Origin: Nitrospirales bacterium
GTDB taxonomy: Bacteria; Nitrospirota; Nitrospiria; Nitrospirales; UBA8639
NCBI GenBank assembly: GCA_965203295.1
Contig: CBDBCZ010000019.1
Coordinates: 1,568,001-1,632,000 of the forward strand
DNA: 64,000 nucleotides
Reading direction: 5' to 3'
Shown here: one piece after another, positions 1 through 9,138 of the stretch
Numbering within the stretch: position 1 is the first letter of the stretch
How the letters are laid out: every line of letters begins with the position of its first letter
Position numbers and translations under genes: made by a program
Notes under the pieces: generated by a model
What the model saw: only the letters and a program-made list of their open reading frames with translations
Databases searched by the model: none
What the model was told of the DNA's origin: nothing

Positions 1-68
1 AATTGGAACCCGGAACGCAATATCAAATGAAAATTGGCAAAAGGAAGTTTGCTCTCGTAAGATTATGA
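1..68 (+). CDS. tyrS: 3' end of tyrosyl-tRNA synthetase (S4-like C-terminal domain), partial
   Basis: Frame starting at 3 reads LEPGTQYQMKIGKRKFALVRL*; GKRKF is the typical TyrS C-terminal motif. Confidence 0.75.
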   Translation, partial: LEPGTQYQMKIGKRKFALVRL

Positions 69-163
69 GCCTCAATAAGAGGGTGAGAAATTCCTCCCAA
101 TTTATTTTTTTAATAGTACAGACTTAGCTTTGATCTTTCAGACGTGGCTCGTGGATTTTTACC

Positions 164-243
164 TTGTCATCCCGCAGTTTTCTAGCAGGGATCCATCTTT
201 CTTTGTAGTCCAGGATGTCCGCTGACAACTGCGAGTATGACAA
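164..243. repeat. REP/REPIN-like imperfect palindrome
   Basis: ttgtcatcccgcagtt at 164 and aactgcgagtatgacaa ending at 243 are imperfect inverted arms, with inner atcc/ggat. Confidence 0.6.
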
Positions 244-340
244 CTCAGGTCTCTTGCATCTAACAAGAATTCCCAACCTCACCTGACAGTGTCCGTCAAC
301 TGAGATTCAAGTTTTTACACTTTAAGAGAAGTTGATTACC

Positions 341-370
341 TTGACTTGTTTTTAAAGGGCTGAATACAAT
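341..370 (+). promoter_or_regulatory. sigma70-type promoter of tRNA-Gly
   Basis: TTGACT-N18-TACAAT, 20 nt upstream of the tRNA. Confidence 0.6.
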
Positions 371-390
371 ACCTACACTTCACAAATTGA

Positions 391-465
391 GCGGGTGTAG
401 CGCAGTGGTAGCGCATCGGCTTCCCAAGCCGTTGGTCGGGAGTTCGAATCTCCTCACCCGCTCCA
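391..465 (+). tRNA. tRNA-Gly (CCC)
   Basis: Acceptor GCGGGTG/CACCCGC, anticodon loop TTCCCAA, T-loop TTCGAAT, encoded CCA; 75 nt. Confidence 0.97.
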
Positions 466-875
466 AATTTTCAAAAATTATCACGGTAGCAGGCATGGAT
501 GATCTCCAGGTGGTACATAGGTGTTAACTTTGGAGGCAGCCGCACCTAGGTTGGTTTCTGAGACGCTGTTATAACGTCTGTCCATTCTCTCTAATTGGTG
601 TTGCCGGTTTTCGTAGCTGTCACTGTACCAGCCCAGGCTCGGCATAGGGTTGTAGCCCAAGAGCGTCGCAGGTTGCCAGAACTGAAATTCTCTATCTGGG
701 CTTTTTGCACTGCTATGTGAAAGGCTTCTTTTATTCCTCGGACAGACTTTTCTTGTCATTAAAAAACTGGTTACTGGTTAATTGTGAGGCTTCGCGGCTG
801 TGAAAGCTTTGCAGGATGTTCTTGAATGACTAGAGTCATGGAAATCACTCGCAGATTGCGATTAAGAACTATTCT

Positions 876-904
876 TTGACTATTTCGGATTTTTGGAATA
901 TAGT
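876..904 (+). promoter_or_regulatory. sigma70-type promoter of the cytochrome c gene
   Basis: TTGACT-N17-TATAGT; the boxes overlap a gactat...atagtc inverted repeat. Confidence 0.55.
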
Positions 905-973
905 CCCCACGGAGATGGGGTAAAACTGCTTCTCTAATTTCATAATTATATCACTATATAAGGAGGGGGTGTT

Positions 974-1517
974 ATGAAAAGTTGGAAGGGAATTGCGACA
1001 GGCATGGTTGTCTTGATCGTAGGTTTGGGTCTCGTATTACCTCTTGGTCAAGCAGCAGATATGTCGAAAGATATGGCGGTAAAGTATATTCTGGCAACCG
1101 CTAAAGCGGCCAGAACCGTTTATGTATAAAGAAGTCATCAAGGCTGCTAAAAAAGGGGGAGTGAAGCCCAATGAAAATTGGGCAAAAAAAGATCATGCGA
1201 TTATGCTTCCTGCGCAGTTTGTGAAAGCTGTTGGGGCAAAAATCGAGGGTTTTGAGCTCAGCTTGATCGGGACCTACCCACTCTACAAATCCAATGCGGC
1301 CCAAACGGAGAAAGAAAAAGAGATCCTGGGGAAGTTGGCCACGGGTAATCAAAAAATGCTCACCTTCCAGGATGGCAACCAATTTAAGGGAATGTCGGCT
1401 GACTTTTCGATCGTTCAAGGCTGTGCGGATTGTCATAACAAGCATCCCAATACTACAAAGACGGATTGGAAAAAAGGTGATTTCATGGGTGCCATCATTG
1501 TTCGAATGAAAGGGTAG
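974..1517 (+). pseudogene. Exported monoheme c-type cytochrome (Tll0287/DUF3365-like), frameshifted at ~1127
   Basis: SD aggaggggg, then ATG 974 gives signal peptide MKSWKGIATGMVVLIVGLGLVLPLGQAA...ARTVYV* (TAA 1127-1129). The +1 frame continues KEVIKAAKKGG...CADCH...GDFMGAIIV. Removing one base joins the two. Confidence 0.8.
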
Positions 1518-1944
1518 GATTAGTCAGACTCAGAAATGGGGGCGTGAAGAGGAATACCTGCTAACGCCATTTTTTGTCTGTTGGTGTACCTGAAACGGTT
1601 TCTAGTAATTGCTCCATTGTTTCTATTTTTATGAAAACACAGCCAAGACAGAGGAAAAAGTAGCCTCGAAAAGTTGACAATCAAAATAAACCCTGTGTTC
1701 TTTTTCGCACAGTGTTCATTATTCAGTGGTCCTTTTTCATTAAAGCGATTGAAAGGCAAAGTTAGGAGGTGCGAGTACGGTTTACCGATATCCATAAAAT
1801 ATATGGATATCCAAAGAAGTAAAAAAAATCAATAATTTCATGATCTTGCGAGGATATAAGTATCCATTGATATTCTGATTATTTGATCAATAAGCCACAC
1901 CGCTCTTCCTAAATTAAGCCCTCATATCTTCAGTCTATGTGACT

Positions 1945-1961
1945 TTGGCATTGGGATTGCT
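1945..1961 (+). promoter_or_regulatory. sigma54 (-24/-12) promoter
   Basis: TTGGCATTGGGATTGCT has exact GG-N10-GC spacing, ~45 nt before the STAS gene. Confidence 0.7.
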
Positions 1962-2005
1962 ATATGCCTTCTCATCAACGATTTTAACATTGAGGAGGGA
2001 TCACA

Positions 2006-2347
2006 ATGATCGTCATAGCAAAACGTGAGAAAGAAACCCATGTGCTCCATTTATCTGGTAGCTTTAACAAATCTGCTAACTCCAACTTTGGTAGAGCCAT
2101 CTTTGAAGCGCAGCTAGCTCGCTCTAAGCACATCATTCTTGAACTTTCCAATCTATCCTCCATCGATAGTGCTGGCTTAGATGCGCTGTTCCTGACCAAA
2201 GACCATTTGGAAGAAAAAGGTATTCGACTCAGCTTACTGAACCCTGGTCTGAGCATTTTGGAGTTGCTGAATGATACGTCAGTATCTTCAACGCTTCCTA
2301 TTTATGAAGATGAAGAGGATTTATTGACCGCAACGAGTGCGGCCTGA
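2006..2347 (+). CDS. STAS-domain anti-sigma-factor antagonist
   Basis: IILELSNLSSIDSAGL motif; SD gaggagg. Confidence 0.85.
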   Translation: MIVIAKREKETHVLHLSGSFNKSANSNFGRAIFEAQLARSKHIILELSNLSSIDSAGLDALFLTKDHLEEKGIRLSLLNPGLSILELLNDTSVSSTLPIYEDEEDLLTATSAA

Positions 2348-2401
2348 TTTTACTTCCAATCAGGTAAGATCAAATTCCAGTACTTTAAGGAAAAGGGGAA
2401 G

Positions 2402-3688
2402 TTACTCGGTAGGCAAAGCAGGCGAGGGTTCGTGTTTGGGTTCTGACTTTTTCGTCTCTGTTGGGCGTTCTTCAATTTTAAAGATTTGAACACTTTTGAT
2501 CGATCTTTCATCCGCGTCACGGACGATGAGACGGCAATGGTCGGCTCGGACTTCCTCGCCCACGGCTGGGATACGGCCTAATTCCTGTTGGATGAGTCCA
2601 CTGATAGTCGTTTGTTCATCGTCAAGAGAGACTTTCAGGAATTCATTAATTTTTCTTACTTCAGTCCTGCCGCTCACGAGGATTTGGTTTTTGCCAATGC
2701 GTTTAATAAGTTCCTCAGTGATGTCGGTTTCGTCCAAGATTTCCCCAACCACTTCCTCAAGCAGATCTTCTGTGGTCACTAGACCCATCACTCCGCCAAA
2801 CTCGTTTACTACCAAGGCAATGTGTCGTTTCTCTTGTTGAAATTGCTTGAGAAGGTCATCAGCAGGCTTCGCTCCTGGAACAAAAAGGGCAGGTCTCGCG
2901 ATGTCCTTCAAGGTCAGATCTAAATGGTCTTGGGCCAAATCTTTTAACGCCTGGTTTCGATACAGGATCCCTGTCACATGATCGAGATCCCCATCATAAA
3001 TGGGAATTCTGGAATATTTTGACTTGAATAAGTCTTCTTTCGCCTCTCCAAGGGTCATGCTGTTATCAAGCCCAAACATAGAGATGCGAGGAGTCATCAC
3101 ATCTTCGGCCGTTAAGTCCGAAAACTCGAATACATTTTTAATCATTTTCACTTCATCAGTTTCCAAGACTCCAGCTTTGCCACCAGCCTCGAGCATGATT
3201 TTCAATTCTTCTTCAGTCACAAAAGGGACTGTTAATCCGCGCCCACCTGTGAGCTTTAGGATAAAGGGTTCAAGGAGAAAAAGGACGGGTGAAAAGAGCT
3301 GTTCAAACCAATACACAGGGTAAGCGAACATTTGAACGGCCGTTTCTGCATGTTTGGCACAGAGAGTTTTAGGAACGATTTCTCCAAACATCAGGACGAT
3401 AAAAATTAACAAACCCGTGGCAATGGCGACACCCTCTGATCCAAATAGGCGATTCGCAATCAAAGTGACGAAAGCGGCTGCGACGAGATTGACGATATTG
3501 TTCCCGATTAAAATAGTTGAAAGGAGACGTTGAGGACTCAATCGAAGGCGCAGCGCGAGTTTGGCACCTTTACGCCCTTCTTCAGCTAGGGCGAGAAGTT
3601 TTGTTTCGCTGATGGAAAAGAAGGCGATTTCAGCTCCGGAAAAGAACGCTGATAAGAATAAACAAATCAGAACAGCTATATAATCCAT
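2402..3688 (-). CDS. CNNM/DUF21-CBS-CorC (hemolysin family) Mg/Co transport-associated protein
   Basis: LSAFFSGAEIA, GEIVPK, tandem CBS (VMTPR, YSRIP, VVNEFGG...EDLLEEVVGEI) and a CorC C-terminal domain. Confidence 0.92.
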   Translation of the reverse strand: MDYIAVLICLFLSAFFSGAEIAFFSISETKLLALAEEGRKGAKLALRLRLSPQRLLSTILIGNNIVNLVAAAFVTLIANRLFGSEGVAIATGLLIFIVLMFGEIVPKTLCAKHAETAVQMFAYPVYWFEQLFSPVLFLLEPFILKLTGGRGLTVPFVTEEELKIMLEAGGKAGVLETDEVKMIKNVFEFSDLTAEDVMTPRISMFGLDNSMTLGEAKEDLFKSKYSRIPIYDGDLDHVTGILYRNQALKDLAQDHLDLTLKDIARPALFVPGAKPADDLLKQFQQEKRHIALVVNEFGGVMGLVTTEDLLEEVVGEILDETDITEELIKRIGKNQILVSGRTEVRKINEFLKVSLDDEQTTISGLIQQELGRIPAVGEEVRADHCRLIVRDADERSIKSVQIFKIEERPTETKKSEPKHEPSPALPTE

Positions 3689-3695
3689 ATAATCT

Positions 3696-3863
3696 TTAAT
3701 AGGGGCGGCGGGATAACAGAGGGCTAGCAGTGGCGTACCACTGTCTCAGCGTTGAGGTGAACGAGGAGACAATGTCGGAGAATGGGCAGGAGTACTGCAG
3801 ATAGGTTAAAGGGTATGTAAAAACTTGAGGACGACTTGCTCGTCTTAGACCATCGTCATCCAT
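3696..3863 (-). CDS. Putative 55-aa leader ORF upstream of the CNNM gene
   Basis: MDDDGLRRASRPQVFTYP...ASPLLSRRPY*; the stop lies 7 nt before the CNNM ATG. Confidence 0.35.
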   Translation of the reverse strand: MDDDGLRRASRPQVFTYPLTYLQYSCPFSDIVSSFTSTLRQWYATASPLLSRRPY

Positions 3864-4097
3864 TGATCATAAAAGGCTATCACAGGACTTTCTTCGTTGC
3901 AACCGAGTTGAAAATGTTTTTATTGGAAGTCAATGAAATCTCAATGTTTTCAATGAATTCTGAGCAATTGGTGAGATGGAGGCTATCCCTTCTTACAAGT
4001 ACCGCATTCGTAATTTCTTCTATTAGGAATAGAATATTCTTCCAGGATGGTGATCCTAGATATTCGTGTCCTATTTCGAGAAAACGTGGCCATTTGA

Positions 4098-5324
4098 TTA
4101 GTTTGACAAAGTATTACGATCTTCAAATTTTACACATTGTCGATTCAGAACCGGATAGACACTAAAGATGGGAGTACTATGGGGAACAAAGGCTGAATGG
4201 GTATCAGGGCTCAACGTCAGGTGCATATTGACGAAGTTGAAGCTGAGGCCTTCCTGCCAAGGTTGAGAAGTGGCCTCTGCATACGTTTCAACTTTGTCGG
4301 ATGCATAAGTTCTAGTCATCAGCCCTGAACCTCCTTGAAGGCCATACTCGTGTAAATCCGGGGTACCCTGAATCAAAACAGAAAGGATTGAGGAATCAAA
4401 CCAGATTTTGAAGTTGCAACTGAGTTGAATAAAAGGACCAAGACTTCCGGTATGTTTTAGAACCGCCAGAGGATAGGCATATTCCGGGGGAACATCAGAA
4501 GAAGATCCGACTGGGGTTTTGAATTCCGGATCTTTGACACCAGAAACCGAAACAAAAATCAGATGCGGATCATTCAAAGGAATGTCATATACTTGACCAT
4601 CATGATAGCTACAAAGCTTCCCCATTTCGTATCGTAGCGGGTAGGAATAACCAATTTTTCCATAAAATATTCGGATTCCTGCTTCCAAAGGCTCCTCTGG
4701 TGTGCGGCTAATCTTCAGGTCAAAAGGAAGCATGAGATGAAAGGTATTCGTTCGGGCAGCCATAAATGGAGCGCAAGCGCCAGGAAATTCCTTATGAATC
4801 GTGATATTGTCAGGCTCAAAAGTACGAGGTGGGCCGCCGAAATGTTGGGCGGTTTTGGCTTCTTTTCCCATTCGGTATTTTTGTTGGTAATACGCGGCTG
4901 CATGTTTTTGGGCTGTTTCTAAAAAGTATTCAGGTAAGTCCGTTTCAACAACCAGTCTCTGTTTGGCCAAAGATTGTGGGCTGGCAACGCGCATGGCCTC
5001 ACTGTAAATATTTATTTCTGCTGAAGTTTTTTGAATTTCTTGATCTACTTGTTGAGATAAATTTTGGTCGAAGTAACGGCTCTTTGGAAGAAGTTGCTGA
5101 GCCTTGTGGAGAAGTTCCAGCTTGAGAGTGTACCGCTTGGGTTCTGCGGCAAATACCTGGATGGTGGCCATCAGGAGATTAAATTGTTCCTCAGGTGTTA
5201 GGCCAAGAGCATCAAGGTCGTTTTCACGGATAAACGCCATAGCCAACGGACCAAAAGCTTCTTCTCGCCGCAGGCTGAGGGTTAACAAGTAATTGAGATA
5301 AGATCGAGCTTCTTCCTGAGTCAT
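4098..5324 (-). CDS. Hypothetical protein (helical N-terminus; C-terminal region reminiscent of DUF6065-type CxPF proteins)
   Basis: 408-aa ORF; GACAPFMAARTNTFHLMLPFDLKI segment. Confidence 0.8.
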   Translation of the reverse strand: MTQEEARSYLNYLLTLSLRREEAFGPLAMAFIRENDLDALGLTPEEQFNLLMATIQVFAAEPKRYTLKLELLHKAQQLLPKSRYFDQNLSQQVDQEIQKTSAEINIYSEAMRVASPQSLAKQRLVVETDLPEYFLETAQKHAAAYYQQKYRMGKEAKTAQHFGGPPRTFEPDNITIHKEFPGACAPFMAARTNTFHLMLPFDLKISRTPEEPLEAGIRIFYGKIGYSYPLRYEMGKLCSYHDGQVYDIPLNDPHLIFVSVSGVKDPEFKTPVGSSSDVPPEYAYPLAVLKHTGSLGPFIQLSCNFKIWFDSSILSVLIQGTPDLHEYGLQGGSGLMTRTYASDKVETYAEATSQPWQEGLSFNFVNMHLTLSPDTHSAFVPHSTPIFSVYPVLNRQCVKFEDRNTLSN

Positions 5325-5446
5325 ACAATCCCTAAGTGCGCAGGTATTTTACGGAATACGCGAATAAGGGACAAGTGCGGCTTGAGAGATAGGAGCAAGA
5401 ACCAATTATTTGCTTCAAGTTAGCTTTAAGGTTTTTCAGACTGAAT

Positions 5447-5522
5447 CTCCCCCCAGCAAGCTGGGAGGCATCTTTAACGGTTTTATTTTAAACAAATTGG
5501 CGCATGCAAGCTGAGGGGTATC
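5447..5522. repeat. Pair of degenerate GCAAGCTG-centred REP-like palindromes
   Basis: ccccccagcaagctgggagg hairpin plus a second unit gcatgcaagctgaggggtat. Confidence 0.45.
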
Positions 5523-5659
5523 CTGCGCTGTTTTTATGAAAGGCTCGCCATTGCTTCTAGGGAAAGAGTGATTGTATTTTTCATTCTTTCAAGTTGTTTC
5601 GTTACTCATTGACTTTCAGAGTTCAGAAACCTTTTATTCATGACTTTTCGGCGGCAGTA

Positions 5660-8101
5660 ATGGATCAAGAATCTTTACAGCATCAAACCCTTCGTATCCT
5701 GGAATGGGAAAGGCTTCTTGAGTTTCTTGCGAGTCAATCCCATTCAGCGATGGGGAAAGAACGTTGCTTAAATCTTACCTTGGAACCTGAACTTGAATCG
5801 TCTCAACGTCGGATGCAAGAAACGTCAGAAATACGAACCATCGCAGAGAGTGATCGGCCCTTCCAGACGTTATTTTTCCAAGATCTGCGAGGCGCGTTAC
5901 GGAAAATAGAAAAAAGCGGGATCCTGGAGGCACATGAATTTCGTGATATTTCCAATATCCTCGGACTTGCGGGTCAAGTCCTGCATGTCTTGGCACATCA
6001 CCAAGAACAAGCCCCATACTTATGGAACTTTGCGAAATCTCTTCAAGATCTCTCTTCACTCAAAACCGAGATTGATCAATGTATTGACTCAGAGGGAAAT
6101 ATCCAAGAAACGGCCACTCCGACCCTCCACCAATGGATTCAGGCGGCTCACCATCTCAGACACCGCATTCGTCAGCGGTTAGAAGGCATATGAGGTTCCC
6201 ATCAGTATGAAGACATTCTTCAGGAGAAGTACTTTGCGCAACGTCAGGGGCGTTATGTTCTTCCCATCAAAGCCGACTTTCAGAGTTCCATGCCAGGCAT
6301 TGTTCACGATGTCTCGGCAAGTGGGGCGACAGTCTTTCTTGAGCCTCGCGAATTGGTAGACCTGAATAATGAGCTTAAGGTGGCAGAGGTGCAGGTGAAC
6401 TTGGAGGTTCAGCGAATTTTGCAAGATTTGTCTGACGCTGTTGCCTATCATGGTGAATCTGTAGCCCATCATTTGGACGTACTAGGTTATTTGGATTGTG
6501 TTGGTGCCAAGGCTCGCTTGAGTGAATTAATCCAAGGGAATCCTCTCACTCTGAACGGACAAGGACGCATTCGGCTCACCAAAGCCTGTCATCCGTTGCT
6601 TGTTCTCGCGCGCATTCAGGTTGTTCCGAATAACATTGTGTTAGAGGAGCATGACCGGGTGTTAGTGATCTCCGGCCCTAATACTGGTGGGAAAACGGTG
6701 ACACTCAAACTCATCGGCCTTTTCGCCCTGATGGTCCGTGTGGGACTTCATCCTTCTTATCAGGAAGGATCGGAAATGGGCTTTTTTAAGGACATCTTTG
6801 CAGATATTGGAGATGCACAGGATCTCACAAAAGATCTCTCCAGTTTTTCTGCTCATATCCTCAATATCATCCATCTGCTGAAAATTGCCTCACGAACTCC
6901 TGCTTCTTCGTATCCGATCACCTTAGTGATGTTGGATGAAGTCATTGGATCGACTGATCCTTCTGAAGGAGCCACCTTAGCAATGGCTTTACTTCATCAA
7001 TTTGTTTCTTTGGGATTTAAGGCCGTGGTCACGACTCATTATCATTCCTTAAAAACGTTAGCCTTTAAATATCTAGAATTTGTCAATGCGAGCTTGGAAT
7101 TTAATGTGGAGTCTCTCGCACCAACCTATCGGTTGGTTCAAGGACTTCCGGGTCGATCATCCGCTATTGAGATTGCACGTCGTCTTGGCATGGCACCTGA
7201 CATTTTGGACTCTGCCGTAGAATTTGTTCATTCTGATGATCGAGAACTCGAACATATTTTTGCTGACTTACAAAAGATCCAAAGTCAGCTCACAACAGAA
7301 TTGGCCCAAGCAGAGGAACGTCATCGTCATGCCGAAAAAGCTTCGGCCGAAGCTCAGGAGCTCCTCACGCATCTCCAATCTTCACAGCAGCAGGAAATAA
7401 AGAAGATGAAACGTCAGCTAGCTGTGAACCTTGCACGGGCACGAACAGAAATTCGCACCATTCTGGATGAGGTCAAACGAGACCCAAGTTCTCAAAAAGG
7501 GAAAGAGGCCAAACATCGACTCGTAATGATTCAGGAGAACGTTGAATCACACATCGAGACTGAGAGTCGTCCCATTCCTATTGATCATGTGGGAGAGGGA
7601 GATATGGTGGAAATTTCAAACTTAGGGACGACTGGGGTCTTATTGGAGAACCCTCAAGGGAAAAAACGCGTTCGTGTTCGAATAGGTGAGCGTGAGTTGT
7701 CCGTTTCAGTTTCTATGTTGGTGGGGAAATATCCGACGACCGAAGAATTGCAACCTAAAGTATCCAAACCAGATTCTTTCAGTCAGAGACAGAAACACCA
7801 TTTGGAAGGAAATCCTCAAGAGAGTGAATCGTTGCAACAACCGCCTATGCGACGGGGATTTGGTCACACTTTAGATGTTCGAGGTGTTTCTGTTGATGAT
7901 GCCCTTACCAAAACCCTGGAGGCTTTGCATCATGCGACTCTAACAGGAGGGATATCTCTTTGCGTGATTCATGGTCATGGGCTAGGAAAACTGAAATCTG
8001 CCATTCGTGAGTTTTTATCGACCTCTCCTTATGTTGAAGGATTTCGATCTGGTGAACCGCGGGAAGGAGGGGATGGGGTTGCAATCGTGGATCTGAGGTA
8101 A
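5660..8101 (+). pseudogene. mutS2: MutS2 (endonuclease / ribosome collision sensor), interrupted by in-frame TGA at 6191-6193
   Basis: LRILEW N-terminus; EGI*GSHQYEDILQEKYFAQRQGRYVLPIK continues in frame to GIVHDVSASGAT, GPNTGGKT, LDEVIGSTDP, TTHY and Smr IHGHGLG. Confidence 0.92.
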
Positions 8102-9137
8102 CGCGGCCTGATTTTTGAAAGTGAGCTAATGCTTCGCGAACGTTTCTTGAAAATCCCTGATATTTGGTGCGTTTGATTGGACTTTTCTGAAAAGTCTGTC
8201 CGAATTGTTCTTCTGTCATTCGTGCCAGTTCAGCGAGTTGAGGACTGAGTGTTAGGGAAGAGGGTCGAAAGGTTTGTTCTTGGGTAGGGTAGGCATTTGT
8301 ATTAAACGGGCACACATCGAGACAATCATCACAGCCAAATATACGGTTTCCAATTTGTCGACTCAACTCATCGGGAATTTCCTGCCTTTCACCACGGAAT
8401 TCGATGGTGAGATATGAGATACACCTCGTGGCATCAAGGACATACGGCTCGGGAAAGGCTTGAGTGAGACAAGCATTAAGGCAAAGAGTACAGGTGCCAC
8501 ACAAGTCAGTTCCCGGTGTGTCTGGTTCTAATTCGAGTGTCGTTAAAATCTCCCCCAACAACAACCAGGACCCAAATTTAGGAGACACTAAGTTTGAATG
8601 TTTGCCTATCCACCCTAATCCGGCTTCTTGAGCCCAGGCTTTCTCCATAATCGGTCCTGTGTCCACATACCTCCGGGTTTTGGCTTCAGGGGCCATCTCT
8701 CGAATATGAGCTTCGAATTGTTTTAATCGTTTTTCAAAGATTCGGTGATAATCCTCCCCCCAAGCGTACCGGGCAATCCTTCCGTTCCCAGGCCTCTCGT
8801 CAGCTATATGAGAAGAAAAATAATTGATCCCGACACAAATGATTGATCGGCAGTTTGGAAGGACCTCTGTTGGATAGCTTCGGCGTTGAAGGTCTTTTGC
8901 CATCCAGTTCATCGTCCCCTGATATCCCTTCGCTAGCCAATCCTTTAGGATCATGGATAGTCGGGTAGTGAGTGGGAGGGGTGGGGATTGGGTAGTCGAG
9001 TGAATGTCTTCTTCAGATGTGGAAGGGCAGGCGATGGGCACGATCCCCACTGCATCAAAGCCCAAGATTTCAGCTCTTTGTTTTATGCGCGGTAAGGGTG
9101 GGCACGTGTAAATGAAGAGTACGAAGGCCTTGAGCAT
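7905..9137 (-). CDS. queG: tRNA epoxyqueuosine(34) reductase QueG, probably decaying
   Basis: IARYAWGEDYH, YVDTGPIMEK, CGTCTLCLNAC, CISYLTIE, GCDDCLDVCP. The start is uncertain and the C-terminus overlaps mutS2 by 197 bp. Confidence 0.9.
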   Translation of the reverse strand: MLKAFVLFIYTCPPLPRIKQRAEILGFDAVGIVPIACPSTSEEDIHSTTQSPPLPLTTRLSMILKDWLAKGYQGTMNWMAKDLQRRSYPTEVLPNCRSIICVGINYFSSHIADERPGNGRIARYAWGEDYHRIFEKRLKQFEAHIREMAPEAKTRRYVDTGPIMEKAWAQEAGLGWIGKHSNLVSPKFGSWLLLGEILTTLELEPDTPGTDLCGTCTLCLNACLTQAFPEPYVLDATRCISYLTIEFRGERQEIPDELSRQIGNRIFGCDDCLDVCPFNTNAYPTQEQTFRPSSLTLSPQLAELARMTEEQFGQTFQKSPIKRTKYQGFSRNVREALAHFQKSGRVTSDPRLQPHPLLPAVHQIEILQHKERSIKTHEWQISVFLAHDHESRKEISLLLESHDAKPPGFW

Positions 9138-9138
9138 G

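Noticed and set aside
481..759. 92-aa minus-strand ORF after tRNA-Gly as an integrase remnant
   Set aside because: No recognisable motif in the frames I read, and no duplicated tRNA 3' end seen.
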